Source of the DNA: Thermoplasmata archaeon
GTDB lineage: Archaea > Thermoplasmatota > E2 > JACPAO01 > JAHFTW01
NCBI GenBank assembly: GCA_034667725.1
Contig: JAXDQS010000005.1
Coordinates: 32,001 to 96,000 of the forward strand
Direction: 5' to 3'
Length of the DNA stretch: 64,000 nt
Shown here piece after piece: positions 16,951 to 26,977 of this stretch. Within the stretch, counting starts at the first letter, position 1. Every line of letters starts with the position of its first letter. The notes beneath the pieces were generated by a model. The model saw nothing but the letters and a program-made list of their open reading frames with translations, was not told where the DNA came from and searched no databases. Made by a program: the position numbers and the translations under genes.

Positions 16951-19338
16951 ATGATGACGGGCCCTGCCGCCGCGAACCTGGAGAAGTGGTCGGTCGAGCT
17001 GGAGGCCCGGGTCGCCGCCGAGCTTGCCGCCCGGCCGGTGCGGTTCGTCGGCGACGGCGAGCGTCCCGTGTGGTCGATCGACACGCCGCCGCCCTATCCG
17101 TCGGGCAAGTGGCACATCGGCGCCGTTGCGGGCTATTCGCTCATCGACGTCATCGCGCGGGCGAAGCGGATGGAGGGCTTCGACGTGCTGTTCCCGTGGG
17201 GCGTGGACCGCAACGGCATCAACATCGAGCTGGCGCTGGAGAAGAAGGCCGGCAAGCGGATGCAGGACTGGCCCGGTGGCCGCGAGGCGTTCAACAAGGC
17301 GTGCGCGGAGGAGATCCAGAAGTTCTCGGACGACATGGTGCGCATCGCGCAGCGTGTGGGGCTGTCCGCCGACTTCACGGGGCCGCTGGCGTATGCGACC
17401 GACGCGCCGGAGTACCGCGCCTTCAGCCAAGCCTGCTTCTTGCAGCTGTTCGAGGCGGGGCTCGTCGTCGAGGACCTGCGCCCGAACGCCTACGACCCGA
17501 AGCTGGGCACGGCCATCGCGGACGCGGATATCTACTACGACGACCGCAAGACGCGCCTCAACCACGTGCGCTGGCGGCTGCAAGGGTCGGACGCGACCAT
17601 CGTCATCTCCACCACCCGGCCCGAGCTCTTGGGCGCCTGCCGCGCCGTCCTGGTCCATCCCGACAACGAGGCCACGCGCCACCTCGTCGGCAAGACCGCC
17701 ATCGTGCCTCTTGTCGGCCGCCCCGTCCAGATCCAGGCGCACCCGCACGTGAAGGCCGACTTCGGCTCGGGCATCATGATGGTGTGCAGCTACGGCGACC
17801 AGGCGGACGTGGCGTTGTTCCGGGAGCTGCGGTTGGAGCCCATCGCCGCCATCGGCCTCGACGGGCGCATGACGGAGGCCGCCGGCCCGGTGGCGGGCAT
17901 GAAGGTCGAGGAGGCGCGCAAGGCCATCATCGAGCAGCTCGAGAAGGACGGCCTCATGGAGGGCCACGCCGTGGTGGACCAGAAGTTCCCGATCAGCGAG
18001 CGTTCCGGCGCCGCGGTCGAGACCATCCTCCTGAAGGAGTGGTACGTCAAGCAGACCCACTGCACCGACGACCTGCGCCGCATCGCGGGCGAGATGGAGT
18101 TCCACCCGCCCAAGCACCGCCAGCTCTTGTTGGACTGGATCGACACGGTGACGATCGACTGGCCGGTCTCGCGCCGCCGCTACTACCACACCGAGATCCC
18201 GCTGTGGCACGTTGTCGGCCCGAACGGCGACGAGACCGACGCTGTCGTCGTGCCCCCGCCCGGCCCGTACCACCGCCCTTGGCTGGAGCAGCCGCCCGCG
18301 GGGTCGCGGGTGCTGTCGCGCGCCGCCCGCAAGCCGCTCGGCGACCTCGGCGCCTACCTCCAAGGCCACCCCGGCCACACCGTCGTCGGCGAGCAGAAGG
18401 TGTTCGACACCTGGATGGACTCCAGCGTCTCCAACCTCTACATCCTGCGCCAGTTCCGCGGCACGGCCTGGGGCAAGGACCACGTCTGCTCCGTCCGCCC
18501 GCAGGGCCGCGACATCGTGCGCACCTGGCTCTACTACACCACCCTCAAGACCTGGCTGCTGCGCGGCGAGAAGGCGTTCGAGCACGCTTGGATCACCGGC
18601 CTCGGCATGGACAAGCAGGGCCGCAAGATGTCCAAGTCGCTGGGCAACGTCATCGACCCCGACCTCATCGTCCAGAAGGTCGGCTCCGATGCGTTCCGGC
18701 TGTGGATCGCGGGCGAATCGACCGTCGGCGACGACTTCCGCATCAACGAGGAGAAGATCGCGGGGGCGGGCAAGTTCATGCAGAAGCTCGCCAACGTGGC
18801 GGCCTTCGTGGGCAAGTTCCCCCAGCAGCCCCTCCGCCCCGCCCGCCTCCAGCCCGCCGACGAGTGGATCCTGGGCGAGCTCGACGCCACCATCCGCACC
18901 GCTGTTGCCGCCTACAAGGAGCTGGACTTCTTCACGCCCGCCAACACGGTGCGCTCGTTCGTCTGGAACACGTTCGCGCCGCACTACGTCGAGATGGTCA
19001 AGGGCCGCGCCTACAACGGCGACCCCGCCGCCTGCTGGACGCTCCACGAGGTCCTGAAGTCGGTCTTGCTGCTGTTGGCGCCCATCACGCCGTTCGCCAG
19101 CCACTACTACGCCAACGGCATCTACGGCCTCGACGTCCACCGCGCCCCCTACCCGCACCCCGTCGGCGCCCAGCACGACCCCAAGCGCACCGAGGCCATC
19201 GTCGCGTTCAATTCCCAGGTGTGGAAGGCCAAGCAGGAGAAGGGCCTCAGCCTCGGCGCCCCCCTCGAGGGCCTGCCGGTCCCCGCCGACCTGAAGCCCT
19301 ACGAGCCAGACCTCAAGGACATGCACAAGCTGGCGTGA
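16951..19338 (+). CDS. valS: Valine--tRNA ligase
   Basis: IDTPPPYPSG, HIGA (HIGH variant), TTRPELL, DWPVSR, DTWMDSS, KMSKS. Confidence 0.96.
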   Translation: MMTGPAAANLEKWSVELEARVAAELAARPVRFVGDGERPVWSIDTPPPYPSGKWHIGAVAGYSLIDVIARAKRMEGFDVLFPWGVDRNGINIELALEKKAGKRMQDWPGGREAFNKACAEEIQKFSDDMVRIAQRVGLSADFTGPLAYATDAPEYRAFSQACFLQLFEAGLVVEDLRPNAYDPKLGTAIADADIYYDDRKTRLNHVRWRLQGSDATIVISTTRPELLGACRAVLVHPDNEATRHLVGKTAIVPLVGRPVQIQAHPHVKADFGSGIMMVCSYGDQADVALFRELRLEPIAAIGLDGRMTEAAGPVAGMKVEEARKAIIEQLEKDGLMEGHAVVDQKFPISERSGAAVETILLKEWYVKQTHCTDDLRRIAGEMEFHPPKHRQLLLDWIDTVTIDWPVSRRRYYHTEIPLWHVVGPNGDETDAVVVPPPGPYHRPWLEQPPAGSRVLSRAARKPLGDLGAYLQGHPGHTVVGEQKVFDTWMDSSVSNLYILRQFRGTAWGKDHVCSVRPQGRDIVRTWLYYTTLKTWLLRGEKAFEHAWITGLGMDKQGRKMSKSLGNVIDPDLIVQKVGSDAFRLWIAGESTVGDDFRINEEKIAGAGKFMQKLANVAAFVGKFPQQPLRPARLQPADEWILGELDATIRTAVAAYKELDFFTPANTVRSFVWNTFAPHYVEMVKGRAYNGDPAACWTLHEVLKSVLLLLAPITPFASHYYANGIYGLDVHRAPYPHPVGAQHDPKRTEAIVAFNSQVWKAKQEKGLSLGAPLEGLPVPADLKPYEPDLKDMHKLA

Positions 19339-19340
19339 CC

Positions 19341-19694
19341 ATGGCCTCCGACGCCGCGTTCCTCCAGGTCGCCTTGCTGGCCGCCCGGGCCGACGGCAAG
19401 CTCCAGCCCGAGGAGCTGCGCGCCATCGCGCAACGCATGGGGCACCCCGCCACCGAGGCGGCGCTGCGGGAGGCCGCGGCCTGGCTCGACCAGACTGACC
19501 CGGAGGACCTGTTCGACGCGCTGCCGCGCGAGTTCCCGACCCGCGCCGAGCGGATGCAGGCGCTGGCGCTGGCGTGCAAGGTCGCCGACGCCGACGGGAT
19601 GCTGGCGTGGAGCGAGACGGGCGTCCTGACCCGGATGGCGCAGGCGTTCGAGATGGACCCGCGCGACGTCCGCCGGGTGCTGGCCGGGCGATGA
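19341..19694 (+). CDS. TerB-like (tellurite resistance family) protein
   Basis: Two ADG..E motifs: AARADGKLQPEE and VADADGMLAWSE. Confidence 0.75.
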   Translation: MASDAAFLQVALLAARADGKLQPEELRAIAQRMGHPATEAALREAAAWLDQTDPEDLFDALPREFPTRAERMQALALACKVADADGMLAWSETGVLTRMAQAFEMDPRDVRRVLAGR

Positions 19695-20587
19695 CGCGCG
19701 CGACGACGGGCATCCTGCTGGCCTTCGCCGCCTACGCGTCGTGGGGCCTGCTGTCGCCCGTCGGCAAGCACCTCTTGGCCACCGAGGCGCCGATGGGGCT
19801 CAACGCGCTCCGCTTCACCCTCGCGGCCCTCCTGGTGCTCGCGGCCATCGGGCCGGAGGCCGTGCGCGCCTCGTTCGCCCTGCTGCGCGACCGCCGCCTG
19901 TGGTGGGCGAACCTGCTGGCCAACGTCAGCCTGACCTTGTTCCTCTACAGCCTGCAGCTGCTGCCGCTTGCGACCTACGCGACGCTCGGCTTCTTCACCG
20001 CGCCGTTGTGGACGGCGGCGCTGGCCCACCGGTTCCTGGGCGAGCGGGCGGGGCCGTGGTTCCTGCCGGCGTGCGGCGCCATGATGGCGGGCGGCTGGCT
20101 GGCGCTCTTTGGGCTGGCGGGGCCGCCCGCGGGCTTCGACGTCCTGGGCATGGCGCTCGCGGTCGCCTCGGGCCTGCTGTGGGCGGTCTACTCGGTCGAG
20201 CTTCGGAAGGCCGCCCCCTCGATCCCGCTGCGGCCGCTCATGGGCGCGTCGTTCGTGATGGCCGCCCTGTACTTCGTGGCGCTCGCCCTCGTCGTCGAAG
20301 GCCCGCCCAACCTCCTGCACCGGGACACCGCCACCTGGGCGTGGCTGGCGCTCTACGTCGCCGTGCCGACCCTGGCCTCGTTCGTCCTGTTCAACGCCGC
20401 CCTGCAACGCGCCGGCGCGGGGCCGGTCAACCTGCTGGTGGGCGCCGAGCTGGCCTTCACCGCCCTGTTCGCGTGGCTGCTGTTCGGGGACGCCTTGGGC
20501 CTCGCCCAGGCCGCGGGGCTCGTCCTCGTCCTCGGCAGCGTCACCGCCTACCTGTTCAGCAGGTCGGCGCCGGAGCCCGCCCTTTAA
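19691..20587 (+). CDS. EamA/DMT family transporter
   Basis: About ten TM helices in two repeats; FLGER and LFGD motifs. Confidence 0.88.
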   Translation: MTRATTGILLAFAAYASWGLLSPVGKHLLATEAPMGLNALRFTLAALLVLAAIGPEAVRASFALLRDRRLWWANLLANVSLTLFLYSLQLLPLATYATLGFFTAPLWTAALAHRFLGERAGPWFLPACGAMMAGGWLALFGLAGPPAGFDVLGMALAVASGLLWAVYSVELRKAAPSIPLRPLMGASFVMAALYFVALALVVEGPPNLLHRDTATWAWLALYVAVPTLASFVLFNAALQRAGAGPVNLLVGAELAFTALFAWLLFGDALGLAQAAGLVLVLGSVTAYLFSRSAPEPAL

Positions 20588-20613
20588 GCCCAAGGCGTCG
20601 GCTCCTGGCCTGC

Positions 20614-21894
20614 ATGGAGGAGCGCGGTGCCTGGGCCGACGGCCTGGCCTCGGGGCGCATCGAGGCCGCCGTGCTGCTGCGCGGCTACGAGCGGCTGCTG
20701 GACGCCGCGTTGGCGCACCTCCGCCTCGACGAGATGCTCCCCGAGCTGCTGCAGCGCACCCGGCAAATCCTCGGCACCGACGCCGCCGGCGTGCTGTTCC
20801 TGGAGGAGGACGGCCTGCTGCACCTGCGCGCGCTGGTGGGCATCGAGGGCGTGGACGCCGGCACGGTCAGGGTCCATCCGGGCGCCGGCTTCGCGGGCCG
20901 CATCGTTGCCTCCGGCAAGCCGCTCGTGCTGCACGACGTCCAGGCCGGCACCGTGGTGCAGCGCTTCTTCGTCACGGCCGGCTACCAGACCCTGATGGGC
21001 GTCCCCCTCGTCGTCGAAGGCCGCGTCCTCGGCGTCCTGGAGGTCGGCAGCGTCGACCACCGCCCGTTCAGCGACACCGACCTGCGCGTGCTGGAGCTGG
21101 TGGCCGACCGGGTCGCCGTCGCGCTCGACCGCGCCCGCCTGCTGGAGCGCGAGCAGCAGCGCCGCGCCGAGGCCGAGCAGGCCGCCCAGTTCAAGGGCGA
21201 GGTCCTGAGCATGGCGAGCCACGACCTCAAGACCCCGCTCACGGCGCTCAAGCTCCAGTCCGCCTTGCTGGGCACCGACCTGCCGCCGGAGCAGCGCGCC
21301 AAGGCCGCCGCCGTGGTGCAGCGCAACCTGCGCCGCCTGGAGCTGCTGCTCGACGACTTTCTGGACATGGCGCGCCTGGAGGCCGGCAGCTTCGTGCTGC
21401 GCGCCGGCCCCGTCGACCTGGCCCACCTGGCGCGCGACTTGGCCGAGACCTTCGCCGGCGAGGCCGAGGAACGGGGCCTGCGCCTCCTGGTGGACCTGCC
21501 CGGCGCGCTGCCGGCGGCCGGCGACGAGCGCCGCCTGGTGCAGGTCCTGAGCAACCTCATCTCGAACGCCATCCGCTACACGCCCGAGGGCGGCAGCATC
21601 GCCGTCTCGGGCCGGGACGCGGGCGGCTGGGTCGAGGCCGCGGTCCAGGACACCGGCCACGGCCTCACGCCGCGCCAGATGGAGCGCCTGTTCCAGCCGT
21701 TCACGCAGGTGCAGGGCGTGCGCGACAACCGCGCCGGCGCCGGGCTGGGCCTGTGGATCGCGCACCAGGTGGTCGCGCAGCACGGCGGCGAGCTCGTGGC
21801 CCACAGCGACGGCGAGGATCAGGGGAGCACGTTCACGCTGCGGCTGCGGCGGGCCGGGCCGGACGGCGTGGCCGTCAGGCCGCGCGAACCGTGA
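20614..21894 (+). CDS. GAF sensor histidine kinase
   Basis: GAF (GVPLVVEGRVLGVL), H-box SHDLKTPL, N-box NLISNAIRY, DTGHG, GAGLGL. Confidence 0.92.
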   Translation: MEERGAWADGLASGRIEAAVLLRGYERLLDAALAHLRLDEMLPELLQRTRQILGTDAAGVLFLEEDGLLHLRALVGIEGVDAGTVRVHPGAGFAGRIVASGKPLVLHDVQAGTVVQRFFVTAGYQTLMGVPLVVEGRVLGVLEVGSVDHRPFSDTDLRVLELVADRVAVALDRARLLEREQQRRAEAEQAAQFKGEVLSMASHDLKTPLTALKLQSALLGTDLPPEQRAKAAAVVQRNLRRLELLLDDFLDMARLEAGSFVLRAGPVDLAHLARDLAETFAGEAEERGLRLLVDLPGALPAAGDERRLVQVLSNLISNAIRYTPEGGSIAVSGRDAGGWVEAAVQDTGHGLTPRQMERLFQPFTQVQGVRDNRAGAGLGLWIAHQVVAQHGGELVAHSDGEDQGSTFTLRLRRAGPDGVAVRPREP

Positions 21895-22756
21895 CGGGCA
21901 GCATGCTGCGCAGCTGCTCGTCGCCCAGCGGCTTGCGGAGCACGCCGTGGACGCCGGCGGCGCGGGCGCGCACCTCGATCTCCTGCGCCACGTAGCTCGT
22001 CATGAGGTAGCGCTTGGTGCCGGGCTGGACCGTGCGCGCCATCCGCAAGAGGGCGATGCCGTCCAGGTCCGGCAGCCGCAGGTCGCACAGCACGGCGTCG
22101 TAGTGGCGCTGCGGCAGGGCCTGGATGGCGGCCTTGCCGTTGGCGGCCGTGACCACGTCGATGCCGGGGTGGCGGGCGCGCAGGTAGGCCTCGAAGCCCT
22201 CGCGGGCGTCCACGTCGTCCTCGACCAGCAGGATGGCGGGGCGGTCGCCGCGCGACTGGCGCCAGGCCTGCATCCGGTCGCCCAGGCGCTCCAAGAGCGG
22301 GCGGTGGTCCGCGTTGGCGCGCAGCGCGGGCTTGTCGGGGAACAGGTCGCGCACCGACTCGAGGCGGGTGCGCTGCATCTCGTCGCCGTGCTCCAGCACC
22401 AGCCAGCGGGCGGACAGGCGCATGCCGCGCCAGGCGTCCTCGACGGCGTAGTCGGCGTCCAAGACGTCGCCCTTGGCGTTGAGGAACAGCTCGCCGGCGC
22501 GCCGGCCGGCCATGCCGCAGGCGGCCATGTCCTGCAGGAAGCGCTGGGCGCGGCGCTCCAGCACCGCCAGCGCCAGCTTGTCCGAGACGGTCCACGGGCC
22601 GGGGCTGTCGGCGAGCACGGGCGGCGGGAAGGTGACGCGCAGCTCGCCGTCCGGGTCCGCAAGCCAGGCCAGGCAGTCCGCGAGGACTTCCTGTTGCTGG
22701 ACGATGCGCTCGCAGAGAGCCTCATAGGAGGCCGGCGGGGCGTCGGCGGCGCTCAA
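21875..22756 (-). CDS. Response regulator (unknown N-terminal domain plus C-terminal receiver)
   Basis: ILLVEDD, CDLRLPDLDG, MTS, LRKP. Confidence 0.85.
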   Translation of the reverse strand: MSAADAPPASYEALCERIVQQQEVLADCLAWLADPDGELRVTFPPPVLADSPGPWTVSDKLALAVLERRAQRFLQDMAACGMAGRRAGELFLNAKGDVLDADYAVEDAWRGMRLSARWLVLEHGDEMQRTRLESVRDLFPDKPALRANADHRPLLERLGDRMQAWRQSRGDRPAILLVEDDVDAREGFEAYLRARHPGIDVVTAANGKAAIQALPQRHYDAVLCDLRLPDLDGIALLRMARTVQPGTKRYLMTSYVAQEIEVRARAAGVHGVLRKPLGDEQLRSMLPVTVRAA

Positions 22757-22871
22757 CGGCCCAGCCTAGCGGGGACGGCCACTATCATCCACATGTCGCG
22801 TTACCCTCCTGCCGAACCGGTGCCAACGTTGTCCCTGAACCGCTATGGGCCGCCGTGGACGACGAACGCCT

Positions 22872-23765
22872 ATGGACCGGACCCCCACCCTCCTTCTCGG
22901 CTGCTTCACCGCCTTCGCCACCCTTCTTGCCATCCCTGTCGCGACCGCCCAGGACGCCGGCGCCGAGTGTGACGTGCACACGGAGCTCCTGGCCGACATC
23001 CAGTATTACCTCGACGGCGGCCTGGTCGCCTCCGGCACCGCGCTGCAAGGCAACGTCCAGACCGGCGGCAACCTCACCGCCCAGGTCACCGTCGCCGAAG
23101 GCTGCGAGGCCCAGGTCGCGCTCGTGGCCTACGACGTCGACGCCGCAAGCGACGTGGCCGCCGCCGTCTCGGTGGACGCCCAGCTGCTCGGCGAAGGCAC
23201 CCACAACCTGACCGTCGCCGTCCCCGACTGCCTGTTCGAGGTCACCCTGGTCGCCGGCGCCGTCCTCGAGGCCGCCACCAGCCCCGAGGTGCTCTACCAG
23301 GCCGAAGGGCGGCTGATCGCGTTCGCCACCGGCGGCCTCGACTGCACCGTCCAGGTGCTGCCCGACCTCCCCTGCCCCGGCAACGTGGTCGTGAGCGCCC
23401 AGGCGGACGGCACGGTGCTGCTGGAGTTCTTGGGCGCCATCGACGGCGACCTCGGCCTCGACCTGGACGCCACCGCCACCACCGAGACCGCCGCCTTGGC
23501 CGTCCTGCGCGCCACCCCCGGCGGCGCCTTCGAGACCATCGCCACCGTGTCCACGGGGACGACCTCCTACCTCGACACCACCGCCGCCGAGGGCGAGGTG
23601 TACCTGTACGCGGTCGTGCTGGTCCAAGGCGACCTCGTGCTCACGCTCGACTGCCCCGTGAACGAGGTCACCACCATCCCCGACCTGCCCACGGGCATCG
23701 CCGTCGGCGCCGCGGGCATCCTCGGCACCGGCGCCTACGCCCTGCTGCGCCGCCGCAAGGCCTAG
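22872..23765 (+). CDS. Secreted surface protein with PEF-CTERM-like sorting signal
   Basis: Signal peptide; C-terminal IPDLPTG, TM helix, RRRKA; paralogue of 26053..26892. Confidence 0.82.
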   Translation: MDRTPTLLLGCFTAFATLLAIPVATAQDAGAECDVHTELLADIQYYLDGGLVASGTALQGNVQTGGNLTAQVTVAEGCEAQVALVAYDVDAASDVAAAVSVDAQLLGEGTHNLTVAVPDCLFEVTLVAGAVLEAATSPEVLYQAEGRLIAFATGGLDCTVQVLPDLPCPGNVVVSAQADGTVLLEFLGAIDGDLGLDLDATATTETAALAVLRATPGGAFETIATVSTGTTSYLDTTAAEGEVYLYAVVLVQGDLVLTLDCPVNEVTTIPDLPTGIAVGAAGILGTGAYALLRRRKA

Positions 23766-23894
23766 GCCCGCCTCTGAAGCCTCCCTCCTTTTTCCCCCTC
23801 CCATAAGGGACAAGAACCGTGCACAAACCGGCCCCGCCGCCGCGCTTTCCGCCCCAAAGGACATTAACGATCCCGCCTCCTCTGCCCGTATCGG

Positions 23895-26024
23895 GTGTTT
23901 CTGGTGAAGGACCATCTCCTCCAACTTTACGAGGACGACCGGTTCCTGGTCGAACGGGTGGCGCGCCACCTCGCGGAGGGCGCGGCCTTGGGCGAGCCGG
24001 CCGTCGTCATCGCGACCCCCGCCCACCGCGCCGCCCTGGCGGGCCTGGCGCCGGCGGGCGTCCGCTTCCTGGACGCCGCCGACACCCTCGCGCAGTTCAT
24101 GGCCGACGGCACGCCCGACCCGGCCCGCTTCGAGGCCGTGGTCGGCGGCGTCGTGCGCGAGCTCGGCGCCGGCGGCCGGCGGGTGCGCGCCTTCGGCGAG
24201 ATGGTCGCCCTGCTGTGGGCCGACGGCCGCAGCGAGGCCGCCCTGGCCCTGGAGGAGCTGTGGAACGGCCTCGGCCAGCGCCACCAGATCCTGCTGCTGT
24301 GCGCCTACCCGATGGACGCCTTCGGCGGCGCCAGCCAGGCGGCGGCGTTCCTGCGCGTCTGCGCCGCCCATGGCGAGACCCGGCCGAGCGAGGCGTTCCC
24401 GCCCGAGGGCGCCGACCGCGGCCGCTACGTCGCCCACCTCCAGCAGCAGGCCCGGGCGCTCGCCGGCGAGGCCGGCCTGCGCGCCCGCCTCGCGGCGTCG
24501 CTGGCGGAGCGCGAGCGCGAACTGGCCGACTTCTGCGAGAACGCCGTCGAAGGCCTGCACAAGGTCGGCGCCGACGGCCGCATCTTGTGGGCCAACCAGG
24601 CGCAGCTCGACCTGCTCGGCTACACCCGCGACGAGTACGTCGGCCGCCCCATGGCCGAGTTCCACGCCGACCCCGCCGTCCTCGAAGGGGTCCTTGAGCG
24701 CCTGCGCCGCGGCGAGGCCGTCACGAACCAGCCCATCCGGCTGCGCGCCAAGGACGGCACCATCCGGCACCTCATGGTGTACTCCAACGCCCACCACGAG
24801 GACGGCAAGCTGGCGTACACCCGCTGCTTCATGCGCGACGTGACCGACTCGATGCGCCTGGAGCAGGAGCGCGTCCGCCGCATGGAGGAGCTGGCCGACG
24901 CCGACCGCCGCAAGGACCAGTTCATCGGCATGCTGGCCCACGAGCTGCGGAACCCGCTCGCCCCCATCCTCATGGCCTCCGAGCTGGTGCGCCGCAACCG
25001 CGCCGACCCCGACAAGGTGCTGGCCTGGACCGCCACCATCGAGCGCCAGGCCAACCAGATGCGCCGCCTCGTGGAGGACCTGCTGGACGTGTCCCGCATC
25101 ACCTCCGGCAGCTTCCGCCTCCAGCGCGCCCCCGTCCCGCTCCACCAGGTCGTCGAGACCGCCATCGAGCAGGCCCGCCCTGTCCTCGAAAGCCGCGGCC
25201 ACGCCTTCGCCCGCGACATCCCCCCCGACCCCGTCCTGCTGCTCGGCGACGGCGCCCGCCTCGCCCAGATGGTCGGCAACCTGCTGCACAACGCCGCCAA
25301 GTTCACCCCCGCCGGCGGCCGCGTCCGGCTGCTGGCCCGCGTCCACGAACACGACGGCGGCCAGGACCTCGCCCTCGAGGTCGAGGACTCCGGCATCGGC
25401 ATCCCGCCCGAGGCCCGCACCCGCATCTTCGAGCCGTTCGTCCAGGCCGCCGCCTCCCCCGACCAAGGCCCCAGCGGCCTCGGCATCGGCCTCGCCGTCG
25501 TGCGCCGCATCGCCGAGCTGCACGACGGCACCGTCGTCGCCGACAGCCCCGGCGCCGGCCAAGGCAGCACCTTCCGCGTCGTCATCCCCCTGCCCGCCCA
25601 GCCCGCCCCGCCGACGGCCGCCGACCCGCGGCGGCCGGCAGGCGCCGGGCGGCGCGTGCTGGTGGTCGACGACAACCCCGACGTCGCCGCCTCGCTGCAA
25701 GCCTACCTGGAGGCCGAAGGCCACCGGGTGCGGACGCGAGGCGACGGGGCGTCGGCGCTCGCGGCCGTGGCCGCCGAGCCGCCGGAGGTCGCCATCCTGG
25801 ACATCGGGCTGCCCGGCATGGACGGCCACGAGCTGGCCCGCCGCATCCGGATCGCCTGCCCCGAGACCGAGCTGGTCGCGCTGTCCGGGTACGCCCAGGC
25901 CGCCGACCAGGCACGCTCGCGGGCGGCAGGGTTCCAGCACCACTTGGCGAAGCCGCCGGACCTGGCACGGCTCTTGGGGATCCTGGCGCCGCGCCGGGCC
26001 CCGGCGATTGTCCCTGAAACGTGA
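23895..26024 (+). CDS. Hybrid histidine kinase (MEDS-PAS-HisKA-HATPase-REC)
   Basis: RAFGEMVALLW..LEELWN..LLCAY (MEDS), PAS, AHELRNPL, NAAKFT, GLGIGL, VLVVDDN..LDIGLPGMDG. Confidence 0.92.
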   Translation: MFLVKDHLLQLYEDDRFLVERVARHLAEGAALGEPAVVIATPAHRAALAGLAPAGVRFLDAADTLAQFMADGTPDPARFEAVVGGVVRELGAGGRRVRAFGEMVALLWADGRSEAALALEELWNGLGQRHQILLLCAYPMDAFGGASQAAAFLRVCAAHGETRPSEAFPPEGADRGRYVAHLQQQARALAGEAGLRARLAASLAERERELADFCENAVEGLHKVGADGRILWANQAQLDLLGYTRDEYVGRPMAEFHADPAVLEGVLERLRRGEAVTNQPIRLRAKDGTIRHLMVYSNAHHEDGKLAYTRCFMRDVTDSMRLEQERVRRMEELADADRRKDQFIGMLAHELRNPLAPILMASELVRRNRADPDKVLAWTATIERQANQMRRLVEDLLDVSRITSGSFRLQRAPVPLHQVVETAIEQARPVLESRGHAFARDIPPDPVLLLGDGARLAQMVGNLLHNAAKFTPAGGRVRLLARVHEHDGGQDLALEVEDSGIGIPPEARTRIFEPFVQAAASPDQGPSGLGIGLAVVRRIAELHDGTVVADSPGAGQGSTFRVVIPLPAQPAPPTAADPRRPAGAGRRVLVVDDNPDVAASLQAYLEAEGHRVRTRGDGASALAAVAAEPPEVAILDIGLPGMDGHELARRIRIACPETELVALSGYAQAADQARSRAAGFQHHLAKPPDLARLLGILAPRRAPAIVPET

Positions 26025-26052
26025 TGGGCCAGGCTGGGCAGACCCCAAGGCC

Positions 26053-26892
26053 ATGCAACGAATCTTGCTGGCGACGGCCGCCTTGGCCGTCCTTGCCTTC
26101 TTTGCCCCCACGGCGACCGCCACCGGCTCGGACGAGTGCCCGGACCACCCCGCGGACCTGCTGGCCGACGTGTCCTACACCGTCGACGGCACCACCTACG
26201 CCAGCCTCGACGGCAACGTCGTCGCCGGCGCCGTCGTCACGGTGACCTTCACCACCACGCAGGGCTGCGAGGCCCTCTACAGCCTCGTGTCCTACAACGC
26301 CGACGCCGACTTCGACCTCGAGTCCCAGACCGTGTTCGACAGCGAGACCGTGGAGACGGGCGTGGACACCTACACCCTCACCGTCACCGTGCCCGACTGC
26401 TACTTCCAGGTGGACTTCGTCGGCGGCGCCGTCATCGAGCACTTCACGCCCCCGGAGGGGACCTACCACGGCGAAGGCCGCTTCATCGCGGGCGACACCG
26501 GCGGCGACACCGAGTGCCTGCCCCCGCCCCCGGAGCTGGCCTGCCCGACCGACCTCGCCGGCTTCGAGGCCCCCCAGGGCTCCATGAGCATCTCCTGGAC
26601 CCAGGCCGAAGGCGCCACCGGCTACCGCGTCTACCTCGCGGTCGGCGACGGCGACCTGGAGATGGTGCACGAAGGCGACGCCACCCTGGCCGGCTACGGC
26701 ATCGCCCCCGTCGAGGCCGGCGTCGTCTACACCTTCAAGGTGACGGCGCTCTACGGCGACGCCGAGTCCGAGGGCTGCGAGACCCTCGAGCTGACGGGCA
26801 TCCCCGAGTTCCCGACCGGCATCGCCGTCGTCGCGGCCGGCGTGCTGGGCACCGTCGGCTACGCCGTGATGCTGCGCCGCCGGAAGGCGTAG
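26053..26892 (+). CDS. Secreted FN3-like surface protein with PEF-CTERM sorting signal
   Basis: Signal peptide; ISW..GATGYRVY..YTFKVTA (FN3-like); IPEFPTG, TM helix, RRRKA. Confidence 0.85.
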   Translation: MQRILLATAALAVLAFFAPTATATGSDECPDHPADLLADVSYTVDGTTYASLDGNVVAGAVVTVTFTTTQGCEALYSLVSYNADADFDLESQTVFDSETVETGVDTYTLTVTVPDCYFQVDFVGGAVIEHFTPPEGTYHGEGRFIAGDTGGDTECLPPPPELACPTDLAGFEAPQGSMSISWTQAEGATGYRVYLAVGDGDLEMVHEGDATLAGYGIAPVEAGVVYTFKVTALYGDAESEGCETLELTGIPEFPTGIAVVAAGVLGTVGYAVMLRRRKA

Positions 26893-26905
26893 GCACGCGT
26901 CAAAG

Positions 26906-26966
26906 TCCCTTTTCCCCTCCTCCAGAAAGAGCGGTTCGCAAAAAAGGAAGGAAAGGAGAAGGGAAG
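26906..26966. terminator. Probable bidirectional pyrimidine-tract terminator region
   Basis: T/C tract on + after stop 26892 and T/C tract on - after stop 26978; similar tracts near 23780, 28560 and 62940. Confidence 0.45.
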
Positions 26967-26977
26967 CGACCGTCGCG

